Assembly: GCA_965644495.1 (NCBI GenBank)
Contig: CBFFSA010000008.1
Coordinates: 186,001 to 250,000 of the forward strand
From: Perkinsela sp. CCAP 1560/9
Lineage: Eukaryota > Protista > Euglenozoa: Kinetoplastea
Direction of reading: 5' to 3'
DNA: 64,000 bases
The stretch's first letter is position 1, and every line of letters begins with the position of its first letter. Shown here piece after piece: positions 23,227-34,690 of this stretch. Under the pieces are notes generated by a model. It saw only the letters and a program-made list of their open reading frames with translations, did no database searches and was not told the origin of the DNA. A program made the position numbers and the translations under genes.

Positions 23227-24412
23227 ATGCCATCGAAAATGTACCCTAAAATTGATTTTTTTGAGTTTTTTATAGTTTTTGTTTCTTCACCCTAGATTCA
23301 TATTGGGGTGCTTTTGCAACGTTTTTTCATCCATTTTTACATGCTTTTTACCAAGTTTTTACCAAGTTTATCCTCAAAGCATAACGTCCGATGTTAAAAA
23401 AGCCTATTGTTTTCGGAATTTTTTTCACTCTTGCTTCATTCATAAGAATGTAGCAAGTGGACGTGGAAGTGGCGGAATGGACGTGGAGGTGGCGGAGTGG
23501 ACGTGGAGGTGGCGGAGTGGCAAGAATTCAAAGTTTGAAGCACATGGTGCTCAGGCGGCGAGTTCAAACCCGCTCATCGCAATATTCCTCACTCTAAGAG
23601 GCTGGGCTGATAACCGACTAGGCCCAGTACTCGGAGGACCGTCCCGGACCCTCCCCTCAGGGAACCAGCTCCCTTACCCGGCTCACACCTCTTGGGTAAG
23701 CCGTGTTGACGTACAATTCGTCGACGCAGCGTGTTGGCAACAGCACGTTGGTGCCGCCTTGGACAAGCAGAAACTGGTAGAGGACGTCGGTCTCGGAACT
23801 TCCAAATCTGTCTGTGAAGGGTCTGGCTTGCCAGTGACCATCCGGAGCAATCCGGAATGATTTGGATTTTTGGATTGGATCATAAGAATGAAGTACTGGT
23901 GTTCGCAGCGATTGCCTCGCCTTCCCTCAGGGCAAGTGCACGTAGTGCTTTCCCTCTATGTAGATTGCGTATTGTCAATCAGTTTCTCATTGCACAATGT
24001 ACTTCTATTCCCCTTCAAAAGCACGATAGCGACGTTTCAAACGGATATACGGGAAGGGATATGTCAGTACATGGTGCAAGGAGAAACGTAGGGGGAAAGA
24101 CCGAGTACGTGCACTTGCCCAGAGGGAGGACAGAAGCAATCGCTGCAAACACCAGTACTTCGTTCTTATGAACGAAGTAAGAGTGAACGAAACCGATGAA
24201 ATTCGGAAAAAAGAAACTTTTTTAACGTCGGAACTTAGGTATTGACGATAGACAAGGTAAGAAAAAGTATGTAAAAATGGGTGAAAAAAAATGAGAATGT
24301 AAAAATGGATGAAAAAACGTTGCAAAGGCACCCCAATATGAACCTGGGGTGAACAAATGAAAACTATAAAAAAATCAAAAAAATCGATTTTGGGGTACAT
24401 TTTCAATGGCAT
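23227..24412. mobile_element. Foldback (near-fully palindromic) element interrupted by a SINE-like insertion
   Basis: 23227-23450 plus 23880-24015 is an imperfect reverse complement of 24050-24412. Confidence 0.85.
23451..23879 (+). mobile_element. tRNA-derived SINE-like insertion
   Basis: 11-bp TSD tcataagaatg (23440-23450 and 23880-23890); A box tggcggagtgg (23510-23520), B box gagttcaaacc (23560-23570); ttgga-type repeat tail. Confidence 0.75.
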
Positions 24413-24726
24413 TAATCCGTATTTTCTTTAATGACAGAAACTTAGAAGACTAGGATCAAAGATTTTTTAGAAGAGAAGATAGAAATATTCCGAGAACACT
24501 TGCGACGACTCTATAGGCGGTTAATGTTTCGTAGCGGAAAATGGAATGACCAATACCCGTACATTCTTAAGGATTGTCGGTTTCACGATCAGTAAAAACT
24601 TTGATGAGCATTGAAGTTAGTAATGTAGTGTAAGAAGGTTTAGCATCCCAAGAAGTGTTGCGTCCAGTATTAATAGTAGTAACTACATTGTAGCTTTTTG
24701 CATTTCAACGCAGCGTGATCCATGTT

Positions 24727-25420
24727 CTACTCGCAACGCCCACCAAAGCTACCCCCATCAGGTCTGATTATGACTGACTTTTGTACCCGCTTGAACTGCA
24801 TCAGTAACTGTTACCTGTCCATCGCATTCCTCAAAAGTCGCAAATTTAAACATACCACGAGAAAAGACTTTCTCCGTTGTGTAAACATAGTTTACCGGTA
24901 TAGTAAGCTCAGGATAGAACTCTTTCTCATTTTCCTCATCATTAATTCTCAACAAATCACAAGGCATCCGAACTGCAAGAAAATTCTGATGCGTCTCAGA
25001 AAGCTCTGAAGCTGGAATATTTATCTCTTTACCGTGGTGTATAGAATCTGGAGGAAATACAAAGCAAGCGTTGTCATCATCGTCATAGCCACTAAAATAG
25101 ACTTTGAGTCGTTCGGAATTAGCTTCCGGAAGATCTTGAGTAGGATTAAGTGTGAGCTCTTTTCCTCTTCCAACGGATCCTTTACTCAGACACGAAAGTC
25201 GAACATGCATTGATGCTACATTTTTTCCCTTTTGCGATCTACTCGACTTAAGGATACGCCAATGTTTATTTTCATAACGGACAAGCATACCCGGCTTAAC
25301 CCTTTCGGCGGTAACAAAACGTCGTTGTTCATGTAACCACCCATGCGAGGAATGTTTTGCTGTGCAACGCAGACTAAAGCTTGTGCTGCAAAAACTTCGC
25401 ATGATCTCCTTACACTGCAT
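24727..25420 (-). CDS. Mitochondrial EF-P-like translation factor (apparent frameshift near 24775)
   Basis: VTAERVKPGMLV..SQKGKN KOW domain and OB-like region; the alternate frame continues VIIRPDGGSFGGRCE* to 24727; the upstream part of the ORF-track entry (to 25588) lies in a TIR element. Confidence 0.75.
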
Positions 25421-25498
25421 GAGAATATTAACTATCTCGCAAAAATAACATAGTATCTGATGATAAACTAAAAAATATGTTAAGTAAAAGTGTATCTG

Positions 25499-26808
25499 AA
25501 CCGTGTTCCGTATTATTTTGCCCCCCCCCCCGTCACAATAGCTAGCTAGGCACAATACGTGACTATAGGCACAATGACTAGCTATCATAAATAAGGTAAA
25601 AAAAAAATTGGCGCCGCTTCGCGACGCCTTTTTTGACTATCATGGACGAAAAGTCTTCTGAAATGTGAAAGCTAAGCGGTTAAACTGAACCATATTCCGT
25701 ACTTTCTCTGTTTCTCCAAAAAAAATCACCCTTCAACTTTGAGATTTTCTCTTGCATATGACTCCTTACGAATGGACGCAAGTACAATGCTCCTCCAAAT
25801 TTAGCAACACAATACATCGCTCCCATTTCACTTCAAGATTCCTGAGCATTTCTCTGCGAAAGCTTAGGTTCTGTACGCTGTTCGACCACTGCTCAACCAT
25901 AGAATTAGCAGATTCCTGTGTTGGTGTCAGTGCCTTGATTTGTGGCCTGCTAACGTTTGTGGTTCACACTCTCGCATTTGTGCTTCCTTGAGGCGAAAAG
26001 TTAAGCCGCGCTCCATGTCCACATCTTGGTACGATTTCCAATTACCGTAGACCCCCCCAGTAATAGACCCCCCAGTAACAAGGATTTGGCCCTTTTTCGG
26101 CTGACCCCCAGTAACAAGGATTTGGCCATTTTGCCCCAAAATCGATTCTATTACTGGGGGGTCTACGGTACATAATGTTGGGAATGGGCATATCGGCCTT
26201 ACGATATTCCACGGGCTCCATGAGGATAACAGACCACGTTCTACCCACTAACTCCAAGTGACGCGGAAGTGCATGAAGACTTTTACAACAAACTGCTTTT
26301 CGTGCTACTACGCAATGGTCTTTAAGCCACTTTGAGCACTTTGATTCACTCCACGAAGATATTCTTCTAATCGTCAGGGTGCACCTACAAGAGAACCCAC
26401 CATCTCCCGAGCAGGACATTAAATAGGTCACACTCCTGTTAAAGTATGCGACAAGTAACTCAGAAAAAGCTAAATTAGCAAGACATTTACTTCAATATTT
26501 TATGTTTGCGTGAAACCAATACTCAACAAAGACAGATCTTTTGAGATAAATAATATTTCTACTGAAATGAGCAAAAGAGCGGAATTTGGTTCAGTTTCAC
26601 CAGCTAAGCTACTCCGATGATTCTTTTCTTTTAAATAGTGCTACGACTACCGGAATATCGTATGTGCCTTGGCTGCAGCAGTGACGAAAGTGTTTTGAGA
26701 TCCCTTGATTTTTTGGGGGGGCATAATAATAGCTGTCGTTCCCACATATTGTGCCCCCCCCCCCCGGCACAATAACTAGCTAGAGGAACATTAATCCGGA
26801 ACAGGGTT
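25499..26808. mobile_element. TIR element with nested MITE
   Basis: aaccgtgttccgtatta / taatccggaacagggtt ends; both ends carry gccccccccccc..cacaata..ctagctag blocks. Confidence 0.55.
26043..26170. mobile_element. 128-bp TA-flanked MITE
   Basis: taccgtagacccccc(c)agtaatag / ctattactggggggtctacggta. Confidence 0.85.
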
Positions 26809-26919
26809 TATGCAGATTTAACTAAACTACGCACCTAGCACAGAGTTGCACATGCAGTCAAACCCACTAAATGTACTTGCACTACACTTGTAGCAAAAGG
26901 ATGGATGAAAAAAACTTCC

Positions 26920-28767
26920 TCAACTACTACAATTTTTGAAAGAATTTACGCAATGTTTAACTTTGGCCATGATATTTTGAGCTGCTGACACTGTTGAAGC
27001 CTCGACGTATATCCGAACGACAGGTTCAGTTCCGCTGGGTCTGACAAATGCGCGGGCATATGGGATCGTGCAAATATTCTTGCCCCCTTCCGAAATGCAT
27101 GTTCGCTCCGTTTCTATAGTTATTGCTCTATCAATACTTTCTTGCAGAGCGGAAGGATCCAAAACTTTTTTCTGATCCCAGGAAGTACGTATCGACACAG
27201 GACTCGTCAGAACTATATAACTTTGCAGACTAGGGTAGTCTCTATAAAGGGCCATCCAGCAATCAATATTTCCTCTGCACACAACATCCAACGCTATAGT
27301 GACAGCCAGTAAATTTGCTATTGCATCCCCGCATGCAGGATTTAGTAACTGAGTGAAGTAAAGTAAACACTCAGAGGCGAAAATAGCATCTGACGAATTG
27401 CTCGTGGCGATGAGATGACGTAACGTTGTTTTCACGCTATCCGACACATGTATAGTCCCATGTCCATTAGATTCAAAATACATTCCTACATCGCTTTCAT
27501 TCATTGCCTTCAGACAATGCTTTACTCCTGTTGGCACACATTTCACGTCACAAGACAGGCCTGAGCGAAGATACGCTGTAGATGCCCCATTCGCGTATGC
27601 CGTTTGAACAACTGAAACGCGATGAGGTATTTCACTGTCCACACGACGTATTTCGTTGAGCAGAGTGGTAACGTACAAAGCAAACAACGATAAAATCCGA
27701 TCTCCGTCCATAATTTTATTCCGATCAAGACATGAATCTGATGTATTTTCTGGTGCACACAGTAAGATCAGCCTATCTGCGTCTCCGTCCATTGACGCGT
27801 AAATCGGTACCATACTTTGGGAATCGCTCTGAGAATACACTGCCGAGATCATTTCGCTTGGAAAAGCACAATGTTTTTGGACGAAATCTGCCCCACAATC
27901 AACGTTCAGTGTATGAGGCATTGTGTACTCCGTATTGTACAGATTCAGAGTAATATGAGATGGCAATAACCTAGCTATCTGACGCATTCGATAGGCACCG
28001 ACGCCGTTCGCGCAGTCCACATGTATTGTATAGCTGCGACCGCTATGCCTGGAACTGTGAAGTTGGTGAAGGTTGCGAAAAGCCTTACTAATCCATTCTT
28101 CGTATTTTAGAGGAGAAGAAATAGCATGTAGTATATCCTTTTCCTGAGTACCTTTTTTTTCATAGTTTCTTAGGCCCTCATAATAGGAATATACATAGTA
28201 GTGCAGTTCCGGAGTCGTTGTCATACCACAATCTATGACACCAACACCTATACAATTTAGGACAGCTTTAGATGCCACAAACATATCCATTCCCATCGGA
28301 CGTGAATCTTGACCGCAGTAGATTTGAATTTTTGAAAACACGCCTCGATACAATTTATGGTGGACGGCTAAATCAGCAAGTTTTCGAAGCACTCCTGAAA
28401 TGTCTGGAGCAAGCGCTATTATTTCTGCGCACTTTTCCCAAGATGCGGGAAGCATACCACCGGACACATCAATGAGCTTGACGCCATTATCTAATGGTGG
28501 GTTGTGACTTGCAGTAAAACAGATCCCTGCGCGGAGTTCCGAGAAATTTTCTTGGTGCCCGACTTCTGTGAGATAGGCGGCCGCTCGAAATGCTATCAGC
28601 ACTGCCATTCGAGCAGCAATGTATATTAGCTGTCGTCCAGGTCCGCGAAACCCACAGGTCCCATAGGTAAGTTTGTGTGATGATCCATCGGACTGGTTTG
28701 AAATGGACTGTTCTTGAAATATGTAGTGCAATTGGTCCCAGTTAAGTAAATCAGCTGCGCTTTCCAT
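26920..28767 (-). CDS. PGM3: Phosphoacetylglucosamine mutase
   Basis: TASHNPPLDNGVK, DGDADRL, YFESNGHG, FVRPSGTEPVVRIYVEA. Confidence 0.95.
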   Translation of the reverse strand: MESAADLLNWDQLHYIFQEQSISNQSDGSSHKLTYGTCGFRGPGRQLIYIAARMAVLIAFRAAAYLTEVGHQENFSELRAGICFTASHNPPLDNGVKLIDVSGGMLPASWEKCAEIIALAPDISGVLRKLADLAVHHKLYRGVFSKIQIYCGQDSRPMGMDMFVASKAVLNCIGVGVIDCGMTTTPELHYYVYSYYEGLRNYEKKGTQEKDILHAISSPLKYEEWISKAFRNLHQLHSSRHSGRSYTIHVDCANGVGAYRMRQIARLLPSHITLNLYNTEYTMPHTLNVDCGADFVQKHCAFPSEMISAVYSQSDSQSMVPIYASMDGDADRLILLCAPENTSDSCLDRNKIMDGDRILSLFALYVTTLLNEIRRVDSEIPHRVSVVQTAYANGASTAYLRSGLSCDVKCVPTGVKHCLKAMNESDVGMYFESNGHGTIHVSDSVKTTLRHLIATSNSSDAIFASECLLYFTQLLNPACGDAIANLLAVTIALDVVCRGNIDCWMALYRDYPSLQSYIVLTSPVSIRTSWDQKKVLDPSALQESIDRAITIETERTCISEGGKNICTIPYARAFVRPSGTEPVVRIYVEASTVSAAQNIMAKVKHCVNSFKNCSS

Positions 28768-28859
28768 ATAAGAAATGTCTATATCATGTAAGAAGGGTGA
28801 AAAATGGAGAAATTCGTGCTAAGAGACCATTAAATTAAATTTCTAGATACCTACCTAAG

Positions 28860-29065
28860 TACCGTTAGTACTGCCTGACTTTGTACGACGAAAACAGGGA
28901 AAAATCAGGTTTTTCTGCAAAGTCAGGGGGTGTGCGAAGTCATGAAGGTCGGTTGAAGGGGTGAACCGTGACTTCGCACACCCACCCCCACACATCAGGA
29001 AATTTTCAAAAACAGAAAAATGTGCAAAGTCAAGGGGGATGCAAAGTCAGGGGGTACTAACGGTA
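28860..29065. mobile_element. TA-flanked MITE
   Basis: taccgttagtactgcctgactttg / caaagtcagggggtactaacggta; internal gcaaagtca repeats. Confidence 0.8.
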
Positions 29066-29161
29066 GATTAAAATGGTATGATCGAAATACGAACTTCAAT
29101 GCGTAATAAAAATTTCTTTATTATCAATGCCCTGATTAAATCAGGTGTAAAAAAACTCAAG

Positions 29162-29884
29162 TCAAAAGGCTGTATACCGAAGAAATGGTAGACCTATAAT
29201 ATACCACCAAAAAGAAATGTAAGAGAGGGCTGGGGTTATAAAAAAAGACAAAATGATAATAGAAACCCATTGATGTAATATGTAAGCGATAGATATGGAG
29301 TAAGTTTCAATAAAAGAATAACCGATAAGTACTGGAGAGAATATGATCGTTATGGAAAAACTAAAGAAAACTACCCAAATGCCCGAAACAACACCTGTAA
29401 TAACCCCTTCCGATCGTGTACACAAACCAACCACATTGGAAGCTATCTCTTTGCACTTGTTTATGGGTCTCTTAACCCATTCATCTGCTAATTCATAGAA
29501 AATAAAACTAAAATTGGCCCCTCGTGCTCTTTCTATATTCAAAGAATGCTGCGCTTTACGCTGTTCGTCATGCGCAGCGTTTAGAAGATCTTGAGCCTTG
29601 TCATATTCTACATGTAGAATTGATATTTCTGCACATGTGCAATTGGAACCACGATCTCGTATAGCTTCCTCAATTTCAGTGCAGCGCCGAAGTGCATGCT
29701 GTACGCGTCCCGTAGATTTCCTATAGCTTTTTACGGTATTTTTGAAACATTCAGGAACTCGAATTGTACGCTGTACTTGAAGCACCACGAATACATATAC
29801 TGAGCTCCAAAAAACGCCTTGAAGAATGAGTTTAATGTTCGATGTAACTCCATTAACGTGCTTAGCGCTTTGTTGACACTTCAT
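29162..29884 (-). CDS. Hypothetical coiled-coil membrane protein (possibly disrupted)
   Basis: Coiled-coil middle and hydrophobic C-terminus; the in-frame upstream ATG at 29986 is followed by TAG after 8 codons. Confidence 0.45.
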   Translation of the reverse strand: MKCQQSAKHVNGVTSNIKLILQGVFWSSVYVFVVLQVQRTIRVPECFKNTVKSYRKSTGRVQHALRRCTEIEEAIRDRGSNCTCAEISILHVEYDKAQDLLNAAHDEQRKAQHSLNIERARGANFSFIFYELADEWVKRPINKCKEIASNVVGLCTRSEGVITGVVSGIWVVFFSFSITIIFSPVLIGYSFIETYSISIAYILHQWVSIIILSFFITPALSYISFWWYIIGLPFLRYTAF

Positions 29885-30376
29885 AGCTATTGTGAAATAG
29901 TGCTGTGATAAGCTCTTCAAACACAGGAATTTACGAACGAGCACGCCCTTAAAACGTACCTAATGAATCGGCACGGTTCCTACCATAGCGACAAAATAGG
30001 TATTGGTGTTGCATAATAGTTGAAGTATAATTAAGTTGTTTTTATTAAAATTTAGATTTCTTAAATGATGCACAGCAACATTAACGTTAGAATAGCTTCT
30101 GATGTAATAAAAAAGTCAAACAGGTTTCTGAAACTTGTTTGACTTTTACCTGAAACTTTCAGGTAAACTTGGAACCCCCTCAGAATATCATTTTGATGTA
30201 CGCGTGACGCAAAATCATGTATAATCTGTTCAATCATTGGTTGTAGGCCTTTTAATCTGGGTCTCTGCATAAAACTACAATAGCGTTCCCCACGGTAGCT
30301 TAGTAGAATTACAGTTATAAAATCAGTAAATTATAATGTAATAAAAGATAAAGCCTACGGCAGATGGATTGTCATT

Positions 30377-31738
30377 TTATTTTCCCCTTTTCTTTACTCC
30401 ACCGCGACCCGTTCCCCGAGTTTCAAATTTGACGTCAGGGTCGAGTCCCTGGAGCTCTGTCACAACACCTGCCCCAATGGTTTTATTCCCCTCTCGAATA
30501 GCAAACTTATCCCCAACGTTGAGCCCAAGCGGAAAAGACATGGCGATATTGAGTACACGATTCTCCCCGGGAGCACACATTACTTTGCGCTCCTTATCCT
30601 CCTCCCCTTTTAGCTCGGGAAAAGTGATATCTCCAGTGACATCGGCGGTGCGAAAGAAAAACTGAGGGCGGTAATGCGAGAAGAACGCCGTATGCCGACC
30701 TCCTTCCTCCTTGTTGAGAATATAAACCTGGGCCGCAAACTTGTTCTGAAGCTGCACACTCCCTGGTGCACAAAGTTGCATGCCGCGCTCCACAAACCCA
30801 GGGCGGAGCTCATCCCCCACACCACGCAGACTAATCCCTACGCTATCCCCTGGCTGGCCTTGCTCCAGCAGCTGGTGGTACATCTCAATTCCCATGACTT
30901 TCACCTTCGTCTCGCTGTGATGGTAGCCGACAAGATTGACCACTTGCCCGGGTTTCAGCACGCCACTCTCAATACGCCCCGTGCAAATCACCGAGCGGTC
31001 CCCTTTCGCCTTGTCCTTCCCTGCAGCATTGATGACATGCTCGATAGACATACGGAAAGGTAAATCTTTGTTGTCCGGGGGCTCAGGAATGACCTCATCG
31101 CACTTTTGAACTAATTCTTCAATACTTTTCACATATTTTTCCTCCCCCGCGAGGGCTTTCGCGGCACTACCCTTCACCACAGGAATCTTGTCGGGGTCGA
31201 ATTTATATTTTTTAAACAAGTCCTGCATCTCCATTTCGACGAGCTCCACAATATCCGCATTGTCCTCCACCATATCACATTTGTTAATGTAACACACAAG
31301 CTGCGGTATCCCGATTTGAGACGCGAGAAGCAAATGTTCCTTGGTCTGTGGCATAGGTCCGTCGTTGGCTGCGACGACGATAATGGCCCCATCCATCTGC
31401 GCCGCGCCCGTGATCATATTCTTCACAAAATCCATGTGACCAGGACAGTCAATATGTCCGTAGTGACGCTTATCGGACTCGTACTGCACGTGAGTCGCGT
31501 TGATGGTAATCCCACGCGCCCGTTCCTCGGGACTGCTGTCGATGGAGGAGTAGTCTCGTGCCTTTGCAGTTCCCTTACGGGACAGAACGTGTGTGATAGC
31601 TGCCGTGAGGGTGGTCTTGCCGTGATCGACGTGACCAATGGTCCCGATGGTCAAGTGAGGCTTCGTCCTTTTAAAAGTTGCCTTGACAGCGGCCTTTCCG
31701 GCCACTTGCAAAAGGAAAATGGTCCTACCGAATAACAT
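30377..31738 (-). CDS. TUFM: Mitochondrial elongation factor Tu
   Basis: [47 protein letters not shown]; short N-terminal presequence; GC3-rich. Confidence 0.97.
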   Translation of the reverse strand: MLFGRTIFLLQVAGKAAVKATFKRTKPHLTIGTIGHVDHGKTTLTAAITHVLSRKGTAKARDYSSIDSSPEERARGITINATHVQYESDKRHYGHIDCPGHMDFVKNMITGAAQMDGAIIVVAANDGPMPQTKEHLLLASQIGIPQLVCYINKCDMVEDNADIVELVEMEMQDLFKKYKFDPDKIPVVKGSAAKALAGEEKYVKSIEELVQKCDEVIPEPPDNKDLPFRMSIEHVINAAGKDKAKGDRSVICTGRIESGVLKPGQVVNLVGYHHSETKVKVMGIEMYHQLLEQGQPGDSVGISLRGVGDELRPGFVERGMQLCAPGSVQLQNKFAAQVYILNKEEGGRHTAFFSHYRPQFFFRTADVTGDITFPELKGEEDKERKVMCAPGENRVLNIAMSFPLGLNVGDKFAIREGNKTIGAGVVTELQGLDPDVKFETRGTGRGGVKKRGK

Positions 31739-32026
31739 AAAAAAGCTGTGAAAGAGTTACAAAATTGCAGCGCTAAATTTGTGATGCATTGGTAAGTTTT
31801 CTTTTTGGTAAACTGACCTGAGTCGAGCGAGCAAAACATTTCGCGCAACAAGGTTTAACGAGAGTGTATTTCTTGAGAGAAAAAACGTTCCTAGATGCAA
31901 GCTCATAATAACAATGACATAAATACGATAAAATACATGACTATTAAAATGTAACGTGCTGCTTACATGCGGTCCCACAGTTTCTTGCACTACACAAATT
32001 GTACACTGTTCGTTGCGAGTTAAAGG

Positions 32027-33742
32027 TCATATTCCATATTTTGTCTCTAGAATTTCCTGAATCATGTTGCTTTCTGATACGAGAGCTCGTGTCCGTCCTC
32101 CAAACTCGTAAAGACGAGACAATACTTGTTGTTTTACGCTCAACTGGTGACCTGAAAGCAAAGTAGAAGAAGTTGCCATAAACAATCCAATTTTTGTCAT
32201 AGCTCCTGAATTGGAACTTTGAGGCCACAAAACGTCCAAATTCCTTACTATGAAGGCTTCTGCGATAGGTTCGGTGATCAAGTTTTCATGAAAAAGCACA
32301 AGAAGGATTTCACAGACTAGTTCAGATATGCTGGTGCTTACTAAACAAAGTAAAAAATTGAAGTAGTACTTCGTCTTGCTCAGAATTCTATACAGCCCTA
32401 AGGCTAATGTTGAGTTACCATTTTCTAGAACTGTGCAAAGATTAATAGGAGAGATACCACAGCAATATATTGCTTCTGGATCATTCTTCATAAAGCGAAG
32501 CGCAATTTGTTGAAGTTCCGTAGATATAGTGCTAGATTTGGCTTCGGATAAAATTTTTGAACAGGACCATCTGTCAGAAATGATCCCAGACTTTTTTATA
32601 TCAACGTCACTGGACAACAAAGTAGGGTTAAATGTGAACGGAAGGATCAAGTGTTCTATGAGTTGTAGCGAGGTCGTACGTTCACCAAAGGATGCGAAGC
32701 TAATTGCTGACGTTCCACTACTGTTCGTAATCGGAAAAGGTGGTGGTCCAAACAAATCTAATAACTCTATGGGATTAATTCTTTGAAGAGCCAAATTAGT
32801 GTCAAGAAGAAATCTGTACAACGCTGGCCGAGAATAAATTTTCAATTGATTATGAATTGGAAATGACGAGCTGTTTGGCAGCTGAGTCATAGAGGAAATA
32901 TCGAAAATTTGTTTTTTCAGTGGTGAGATGCAAGCCTGATTATTAGTGTCATCCGAAGTTTTAGAATTTACATTTAGAGCATCATGCAAAGATTTCATCG
33001 AAAATTTATGTTCTTGTGAAGTCGTTTGCGTAGCACGCTCGGATGTAGCATACAGATGAAGAGACCCATCGATGATTCGAGAAAGAGAATGAATCTTTGC
33101 AAGTTTTTCTATCTCATTCTCATGCATGAGTGTACATTCTTGAATTTCTTTAAAATGTATTTTTAAAGCATTCGCAGATAATGTCAGGAATATATCCGGA
33201 GACAGCTCCATTACTTTCTCCGGAATCTTCCTTCCGAAACACCAAAGAAGCTTTAAGCACTGGAACGGGTAGTGAGACTGTTGTTCCAAAGGAAGGGGTG
33301 CTAAGGGACGTACCACAGTTTTCTTAATGTAATATTCTAGACGAATCAGCTCGGACACACGAACAACTTCCTCTTCATCTGTCACAGAAAGTATAATGGC
33401 TGCATTGGCGCGCTCAACCGGCAGCTGAAAAATCGTATACAAATGTGACGGCTCGGTGTCAGCAACCTGAAACTGTGTGGTGACGACGGGGGAGCTAGGC
33501 TGTTTGTCTTCCTTGGCATCTGCACAAGAACCACATTTTATTTTAAACGTCATATTTTCCTGATCTTCTGGATCGGATAACGAAACCACATCAAGGAGAG
33601 CACATAGCACAACTGTAACAGCAGAATATTTCGACGGAGAAAAGTCGGAAACAAATTGAGTGCGGATATCCAAAAAGCTTTTATTACGACTACAGAGTAG
33701 TTCAGAAAGGCGATGAAGTTCTTCTCGTGAAAGAAAGCGCAT
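32027..33742 (-). CDS. CNOT11: CCR4-NOT subunit 11-like protein
   Basis: C-terminal GISPINLCTVLEN..YFNFLLCL..EAFIVRNL resembles the CNOT11 C-terminal domain; divergent. Confidence 0.6.
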   Translation of the reverse strand: MRFLSREELHRLSELLCSRNKSFLDIRTQFVSDFSPSKYSAVTVVLCALLDVVSLSDPEDQENMTFKIKCGSCADAKEDKQPSSPVVTTQFQVADTEPSHLYTIFQLPVERANAAIILSVTDEEEVVRVSELIRLEYYIKKTVVRPLAPLPLEQQSHYPFQCLKLLWCFGRKIPEKVMELSPDIFLTLSANALKIHFKEIQECTLMHENEIEKLAKIHSLSRIIDGSLHLYATSERATQTTSQEHKFSMKSLHDALNVNSKTSDDTNNQACISPLKKQIFDISSMTQLPNSSSFPIHNQLKIYSRPALYRFLLDTNLALQRINPIELLDLFGPPPFPITNSSGTSAISFASFGERTTSLQLIEHLILPFTFNPTLLSSDVDIKKSGIISDRWSCSKILSEAKSSTISTELQQIALRFMKNDPEAIYCCGISPINLCTVLENGNSTLALGLYRILSKTKYYFNFLLCLVSTSISELVCEILLVLFHENLITEPIAEAFIVRNLDVLWPQSSNSGAMTKIGLFMATSSTLLSGHQLSVKQQVLSRLYEFGGRTRALVSESNMIQEILETKYGI

Positions 33743-34060
33743 TGTAACTGAAGGAAAGCTGCTAGAATCACGGTAGTAGTTATTGCAAGGGTATATTGTA
33801 CTACGCGTGTATGTTTAGATAATCGCTTTTGTGTTAATAATCTTCATAAAAAAAACGTTAACTCTATTAATAAAATAGAATGCATAAGTTAAGAAGTAAT
33901 AGGATTAGCAGCGACACACTTTTACTCTAGAAATGTAGACAGCGAAAGCTATTCTATGGTCAAACCTACAAACGTATGCAGTGCACATCAAAAATCATTT
34001 CCTACTTGAATCTCAAAGAAGAAACCAACACTCATCTACCTCGAATTGCCTGCTGTGCGC

Positions 34061-34441
34061 TCAATTTGATTTTCCTATTGAAGTTTTAGTAATCTTATTG
34101 ATTCGTGAGGTGTTGTAGGCCAATATTATGAGCGCCGTTCCAAGGAGAATGTGAGCACTGTTAATTTCCCCCGGATTCATAATAGAGCTAACCAGAACCA
34201 AGGCAGGCTCCAGCGGATGCAATATCGGATTCGACTGGATAACGTGCAGAAGAAAAGGTGTCACGGATTGTATACTCAATGCTCCTCCCACAAGTAAACA
34301 GTACGATATTGGCATAGCGAGCACGACGTTCAATGTCGGACGTGAGATTAAGCGTATAATGCCGTACAGAATTAGAAGACCTCCAATACCCACAAATATT
34401 GGTTCCAACGCAGCAGGTGATAAAGCATCCACGATATTCAT
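34061..34441 (-). CDS. Small multi-pass membrane protein
   Basis: Three hydrophobic segments; first ATG at 34441. Confidence 0.55.
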   Translation of the reverse strand: MNIVDALSPAALEPIFVGIGGLLILYGIIRLISRPTLNVVLAMPISYCLLVGGALSIQSVTPFLLHVIQSNPILHPLEPALVLVSSIMNPGEINSAHILLGTALIILAYNTSRINKITKTSIGKSN

Positions 34442-34690
34442 ATTAAAAGTAATTGCCCAAGAAGCCAAACAAAGTAAAAGAGAATTTAAAATATTAGATT
34501 ACCATCGTTAGGACGTGTTTAAACTACTTACTGGGATTGATGAAAGCAATAAATAATAACACTGAGTACATTATCACTAATTCAACTGAAGAAAAATCAC
34601 AGAAGATAAAAGAACATGACGCGCGGTTCTAGATCACCCATTACCCGATAAGCGTTGCGGTACGTTTCTGGGCTAAATCTCTTATTCTTC

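Noticed and set aside
23500-23582. Functional tRNA gene
   Set aside because: A and B boxes are present but there is no convincing acceptor stem or cloverleaf, and it lies inside a TSD-flanked insertion
25421-25588. N-terminal extension of the EF-P-like ORF
   Set aside because: It overlaps a TIR element end and probable splice-acceptor sequence
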